Of a stretch of 64,000 nucleotides of DNA, positions 62,724-64,000 are shown in pieces. Source of the DNA: Entomortierella parvispora E1425 (Eukaryota; Fungi; Mortierellomycota); NCBI GenBank assembly GCA_020891255.1, contig BQFW01000002.1:2666001-2730000 (forward strand). Reading direction: 5' to 3'. A program made the position numbers and the translations under genes. Numbering within the stretch: the stretch's first letter is position 1; each line of letters starts with the position of its first letter. The notes beneath the pieces were generated by a model, which saw only the letters and a program-made list of their open reading frames with translations, searched no databases and had not been told where the DNA came from.

Positions 62724-64000
62724 ATGGCCACCGCCCCATCCTCTCCCCCCCTCATTCCAACTTCAAAGTTGCTTACTCAGGACTTCTCAGGCGACCATTC
62801 TCCTGCTGCTGCCCATGGTTGTCCTCACCTGAAGCAAATGAAAAAGTCGTCCGAGATCTTGACCAACTACCAGGTCCTGGCTCGCTACTGTCTCCATTAC
62901 AAGAGTCGCCATGCCCTTGGCATCCTACCTCCACGAGACAGGAAGCGTGCAAAGCTGGAGGCAAGTACCTGCTAGTGGCCGTTCTCTTTGCCACCACTTC
63001 TTGCCACGGCGAAAAAGGCTCTTCTTTTTATAAAAAAGAGACTTTGATTGCTCGTGCTCGCCCTGTATTTAATTTTGGATCGATCTGCTGGACCAGGACA
63101 TAGCCCGACTCTTGGGAAGACGCAGGGACCAGCCAATGGCTTGGTGATCACTGGAAGGGAAAACAACAAGGGCTTTTTTTATTTGGCTTTGTGGAGAAAG
63201 CGAAAAAGGACAGTGGCATGGGCCCAAGGGGGATGGTAACACACTGTCCTTTCTGTCCCTTGGACCAGATTATCTTGAACAGTGGATCGGCCAAACAACA
63301 CACTTTACCACACTTTGATTTGTAACGCTAACCTGTCGGAGGATCCCTACGCCTCTTTTTCAATTTTAGAAGCAGGACTCTTCCTCCAGTACAAAATCGT
63401 TGCCGACCCCCTCATGCCTGACTTGTGATACAACTCTTGGCAGGATTCACGCTTGTCTACAGTGTGTCTATGTGGGTTGCTGGAAGGGAGAACATGTCCA
63501 GAATCACTGTGCGACAACAGGACACGTCATCTGTATGTACCTCAACACCGACTATATTGCTGCTGTCTCGTCAATTGCTCCGCTGCAGCTGGACTAACTC
63601 AACCTTGTCTTTTTTGGTCTGGTGATACTCACACAGCCATGGAGATCAATCGGTGCACCCTTTACTGCAGCACTTGCAAGGACTTTGTATACGACCGCGA
63701 TTTTGAAAACATTTACAACGGCGAATTATTGAGAAACGCCGAGATCGTCTCCATGGTCCAAGGTAAGAAGTCCCAAATGGCCTTCAGCCCCTGCTTGCAA
63801 GCTCATGTTGCCATTTACCAGGTCACTTACTGGCTTAAACGCAAAAAATTGTAGAACCTGGACTGAAGCGTGCTCATTTCATTCGATGGAATGCACCGAA
63901 CAAAGAGGCAGCTCTAATTAGAGCGGGAACGCGACTAAAGCCATGTCAAGGTATGAATTGATGTGTATCTTATATATCGAAGATGAAATATGATTCTCTT
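62724..64000 (+). CDS. UBP8: Ubiquitin-specific protease Ubp8/USP22 (zf-UBP N-terminus), 5' part; runs off the right edge
   Basis: GCPHL, PSCLTCD...RIHACLQCVYVGCWKGEHVQNH, LYCSTCKDFVYD, and ATEQEAALIR..TRLKPCQG just ahead of where the catalytic domain would start. Confidence 0.8.

Overview
Intron-rich fungal genomic DNA. Gene content and style suggest Mortierellaceae/Mucoromycota (inference). The window holds about 22 host genes: a carboxylesterase 5' end, PPIL2, a secreted protein, a GPI-anchored protein, a METTL21-like methyltransferase, DUF952, two membrane proteins, TAF14-like, RAD3/XPD, oligopeptidase B, SF3B6, NSL1/Mis14, an MscL channel, ATG5, ATG29, TRF4-like, an Ark1/Prk1 kinase, a long-chain acyl-CoA synthetase, a single-pass membrane protein, EAPP, WDR6 and the UBP8 5' end. 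Two regions stand out. (1) A complete, apparently very young 6,253-bp DNA transposon at 56316-62568, with 554-bp TIRs (TAG...CTA) and a perfect 9-bp TSD (CCATCCTCC). It carries a RecQ-like helicase and a convergent intact 808-aa DDE-type transposase, which is the AcademH architecture. The helicase is broken by three homopolymer frameshifts, and the element sits 155 bp upstream of the UBP8 ATG. (2) A mosaic of about 8.4 kb (2.9-11.3 kb) of direct and inverted duplications. It is built from the PPIL2 3' end plus its downstream region fused back-to-back to a carboxylesterase C-terminal half, and it includes a captured methyltransferase fragment and a minisatellite. No rRNA, tRNA or CRISPR array was recognised. 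Exon boundaries were inferred by eye from GT-AG sites and homology.
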